Source: Planctomycetota bacterium
Lineage (GTDB): Bacteria; Planctomycetota; UBA1135; UBA2386
Length of the DNA: 64,000 nucleotides
Assembly (NCBI GenBank): GCA_046290465.1
Contig: JBKAGP010000001.1
Coordinates: forward strand, 5,568,001-5,632,000
Reading direction: 5' to 3'
Position 1 is the first letter of the stretch; every line of letters starts with the position of its first letter. Positions 60,897-64,000 of this stretch are shown here, one piece after another. The notes under the pieces were generated by a model. The model saw only the letters and a list, made by a program, of their open reading frames with translations. It was not told the origin of the DNA and made no database searches. Position numbers and translations under genes: made by a program.

Positions 60897-62207
60897 ATGA
60901 AGGCCATCCATCTGTTCTCCGTCCCTGTCCTGTGCTGCCTGGTGCTGTTCGCGTGCCAGCGCGAGCCGGGCAAGGTGTCGCAGCAGCCCGCCGCTGCGCA
61001 GGGTGCTGGTGACCAGCAGCCTGGCAAGCAGGCCGCCGGCAGCGGCAAGGTCGTCGACGCCGAGGTCGCGCCGTTCCAGCGCGAGCTGCTGAAGCTCGCG
61101 TTCGAGGCGGCGTCCAAGTTCCCGAAGTTCCCGCACAGCAAGAACCGGGGCCGCGCCCAGGAGGTCGTGCTGGTCGGCTGCTTCGAGCTCGGCCTGCCGC
61201 TGCTGGCGCTGCGGTTCGCGCCCGACGCCGAGGGCTACCGCCGCGGCATGGCCTACGCGGACTTCGCCTACTACAGCATCCAGCAGGGCGTCACCAAGGA
61301 CGTGCGCAGCTACCTGGAGCTCGCCACCAAGGTGGCCGACGAGGAGGCTGCCGTCCCCAACATGCAGCAGTGGCGGGTCGACAAGATCCGCCTGAAGGTC
61401 GCGCGCGCGCTCGCCGCGCTCGGCGAACTCGACGAGGCCTCGAAGGTGGCGGACAAGATCGGCGCGTCGTCGCGCGGCGCCGTCGACAGCAACTGGGCCG
61501 TGACCGTCTCGTCGCGCGTCGCCGGCATGACGCTCGAGCAGGCGCAGCGCGACCTGCGCTCGATCACCGACACGTTCTCCAGCCAGTCCCTGGGCGAGCA
61601 GTACTCGTCGCTGATGGTGCTGAGCGGCCTGCACGGCCGCTTCTTCGCCGACGAGGAGCTGCGCAAGGAGCTCGAAGAGCGGCTGCTGCTGCGCTTCTTC
61701 AAGCTGCCGGCCAACCTCCGGCTCGACGCGATCGCGCCGCTGGTCGGGCACTACCTCGCCGAAGAGGACGTCGACGGCGCCCGCGACATCATCGTCAAGA
61801 TGTCGGAGATCGTCAGCGAGGCGCGCTGGCGCCTCGAGGACAAGCTGCCGGAGCTGGCGCGCATCGCCGAACTGCACATCGACACCGGCGACACGGACCG
61901 CGCCCGGCAGGAACTCGAGCAGGCGCTCGCGATGTTCCACGAGGGCCGCGACGACATCGTCGGCATCTACCGCTGCGAGGCGCTGCGGCCGATCGCGATC
62001 GGGTTCCACCAGCTGGGCGACGCCGAGCAGGCCGACGGCCTGCTGGCGCTGGCCATCGAGGAGGGCATGCAGACCCCGAACTCGCGGCCGCGCTGCGACG
62101 ACCTCGTCGAGACCTGCGTCGCGATGGCCCGGCGGCGCGTCGAGCCGTCCGCGGAGCTGATGGCGCGGCTGCGCGAAATCTGTGACGGACTGAACGCCCC
62201 GTGGTAG
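60897..62207 (+). CDS. All-helical (TPR-like) lipoprotein
   Basis: LFAC lipobox; Gln/Ala linker; helical repeats. Confidence 0.75.
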   Translation: MKAIHLFSVPVLCCLVLFACQREPGKVSQQPAAAQGAGDQQPGKQAAGSGKVVDAEVAPFQRELLKLAFEAASKFPKFPHSKNRGRAQEVVLVGCFELGLPLLALRFAPDAEGYRRGMAYADFAYYSIQQGVTKDVRSYLELATKVADEEAAVPNMQQWRVDKIRLKVARALAALGELDEASKVADKIGASSRGAVDSNWAVTVSSRVAGMTLEQAQRDLRSITDTFSSQSLGEQYSSLMVLSGLHGRFFADEELRKELEERLLLRFFKLPANLRLDAIAPLVGHYLAEEDVDGARDIIVKMSEIVSEARWRLEDKLPELARIAELHIDTGDTDRARQELEQALAMFHEGRDDIVGIYRCEALRPIAIGFHQLGDAEQADGLLALAIEEGMQTPNSRPRCDDLVETCVAMARRRVEPSAELMARLREICDGLNAPW

Positions 62208-62209
62208 CC

Positions 62210-64000
62210 GTGAACCAGCACCGCCTCCTCCTCGGATTCTCGGCCGTGCTCGCGGCCTCGATGGCGCTGACGGCGCAGCAGGTCGGCACGATCCGCGGCA
62301 CCGTCATCGACAAGGACTTCAACGAGCCGCTGGCCGGTGCGGCGGTGCAGATCATCGGCGTGCAGGAGCGCCTGGTCACCGACGAGAACGGCGTGTTCGT
62401 GTTCCGCGGCCTGCAGCCGGATACCTACACGGTGGTGCTCGCCAAGGACGGCTACACCCGCACGGTGCGGCAGGTGCGGGTGACCGCCGGCCAGCAGACC
62501 AACGAGCGCATCGAGATGCTCGGGGACTTCACCGACCTCGAGGAGTTCGTCGTGCGCGAGCAGCTGGATCAGGCGCTCAACACCGAGGCGGCGCTGCTCG
62601 ACGACCGCTTCGACAATCCGGCGATGGTCGACGCGATCAGCAGCGAGCTGATGCAGAGCGCCGGCGCTGGCAGCGCCGACGAGGCGCTGCGGCTGGTCTC
62701 GGGCGCCTCGACCCAGGACGGCAAGTCGGCGGTGATCCGCGGGCTGCCGGACCGCTACGTCGCGACCCAGGTCAACGGCGTGCTGTTCCCGAGCTCCGAC
62801 GAGGACAAGCGCGCGGTCGAACTCGACGTGTTCCCGTCGAGCGCGATCCAGGCGGTCGAGGTCAGCAAGACCTTCACACCGGACCAGCAGGGCAACGCCT
62901 CCGGCGGCGCCGTCAACATCCGCTTGCGCAGCGTGCCGGACAAGCCGTTCTTCATCAACTGGAGTGCTGGCACCAGCTACAACACCCAGACCACCGGCCG
63001 CAGCGACTACCTCAGCTACGACGGCGGCGGCGTCAGCGCGTTCGGCAAGAGCGGCAGCAACCGCTCGGTGCAGGAGGAGGGCGAGAACTGGGAGGGCGCG
63101 GTCGGCGCCGATACCGCCGAGGCGCCCGACAACTTCAAGTGGTCGGTGTCGGCCGGCGGCCGCTACGAGCTCAACGACGAGTGGCGCGTCGGCGGCTTCG
63201 TCAACTTCTTCTACGACCGGCAGTCGCGGTTCCGCGAGAACGAGCGCGACGAGTCGTGGAAGATCGGCCAGGTCGGCAGCCTGATGACGCCGCAGACCCA
63301 GCTCGGCACGATCCAGCAGCCGCCGTTCACGACCTCGCTGCTGAACATCTCGCGCAGCCAGGAGACGGTGCAGTTCGGTGGCCTGTCGACGTTCGGCATC
63401 GCCAGCGACGACCACAGCCTGAACGTCACGCACCTGTTCTCGCGGGTCGCCGAGGACACGGTGACGTTCGCCGAGGACACCCAGGGCAAGAACTACTTCT
63501 TCCCCGGCCACGACCCGAACGATCCGAGCTCGCCGGGCTTCAGCGCCAACGACTCGGCGCCGTGGACGCGCCAGCAGACGCTGGCCTACGTCGAGCGCGG
63601 CACCGAGGCGCTGCAGCTGAGCGGCCGCCACCGCTGGGAGCTGTGGGGCTTCGGCTCGCTGCGCGGCATCGAGATGGACTGGACCGTCGCGCGCAACAAG
63701 GCGTTCCGCGACACGCCCGACCGCCGCGAGTTCGCGACCTTCTGGGATCCGGGCGCGGGCCCGAACGGCACGTTCTTCCAGCTCAAGCCGGCGGCCGAGT
63801 TCACGCTCGGCAACCTGCAGCGCACGTTCATCCGGATCGAGGAGGAGAGCGAGGAGCTGGCGCTGAACTTCAAGCTGCCGATCGAGATCTGGGGCGGCCG
63901 CGAGGGCGCGGTCAAGTTCGGCTGGTTCCAGGACAGCGTCGAGCGAACGTTCACGCAGCAGACGTTCTCCAACTTCAACGACCCCAACCAGCAGTTCCAG
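62210..64000 (+). CDS. TonB-dependent receptor with carboxypeptidase-regulatory-like N-domain, runs off window end
   Basis: GTG start; GTIRGTVID...EPLAGA; plug DAISSE...VIRGLPDRY...VELDVFPS...EVSKTFTPD...GGAVNI; absent from the ORF track because it has no stop in the window. Confidence 0.9.
   Translation, partial: MNQHRLLLGFSAVLAASMALTAQQVGTIRGTVIDKDFNEPLAGAAVQIIGVQERLVTDENGVFVFRGLQPDTYTVVLAKDGYTRTVRQVRVTAGQQTNERIEMLGDFTDLEEFVVREQLDQALNTEAALLDDRFDNPAMVDAISSELMQSAGAGSADEALRLVSGASTQDGKSAVIRGLPDRYVATQVNGVLFPSSDEDKRAVELDVFPSSAIQAVEVSKTFTPDQQGNASGGAVNIRLRSVPDKPFFINWSAGTSYNTQTTGRSDYLSYDGGGVSAFGKSGSNRSVQEEGENWEGAVGADTAEAPDNFKWSVSAGGRYELNDEWRVGGFVNFFYDRQSRFRENERDESWKIGQVGSLMTPQTQLGTIQQPPFTTSLLNISRSQETVQFGGLSTFGIASDDHSLNVTHLFSRVAEDTVTFAEDTQGKNYFFPGHDPNDPSSPGFSANDSAPWTRQQTLAYVERGTEALQLSGRHRWELWGFGSLRGIEMDWTVARNKAFRDTPDRREFATFWDPGAGPNGTFFQLKPAAEFTLGNLQRTFIRIEEESEELALNFKLPIEIWGGREGAVKFGWFQDSVERTFTQQTFSNFNDPNQQFQ

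Overview
High-GC bacterial chromosomal window, roughly 70% GC by eye. Gene content suggests a planctomycete (ECF sigma plus Ser/Thr kinase pair, DUF1080, sulfatase, FG-GAP/ASPIC, many lipoproteins); the taxonomy is an inference. Core genes are folE, a PTPS-family gene, pip, thrB, ALDH7, a Kef-type antiporter, zwf-opcA, nadA, topA and tRNA-Val(CAC), mixed with many secreted proteins. Main observations: (1) an 83-bp structured dispersed repeat bounded by CTAG/CTGG, with four units at three loci, each locus overlapping a gene's TAG stop; (2) a shared ~110-120-aa C-terminal module on three unrelated secreted proteins, a candidate lineage-specific sorting or anchoring domain; (3) an apparent operon linking a secreted CX5R-phosphatase/cytochrome c' fusion, an Fe(III)-type ABC transporter, a pentaheme cytochrome c and a HEAT lipoprotein; (4) a beta-helix protein, lipoprotein and TonB receptor cluster with 11-bp-periodic Pho-box-like sites; (5) a PTPS-III-type folate shortcut gene coupled to folE; (6) two lower-GC accessory patches (next to the tRNA and next to an IS91 remnant) plus a kinase/crotonase chimeric pseudogene. 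All family calls come from recognising motifs by eye; no database searches were run, and several start codons are estimates.
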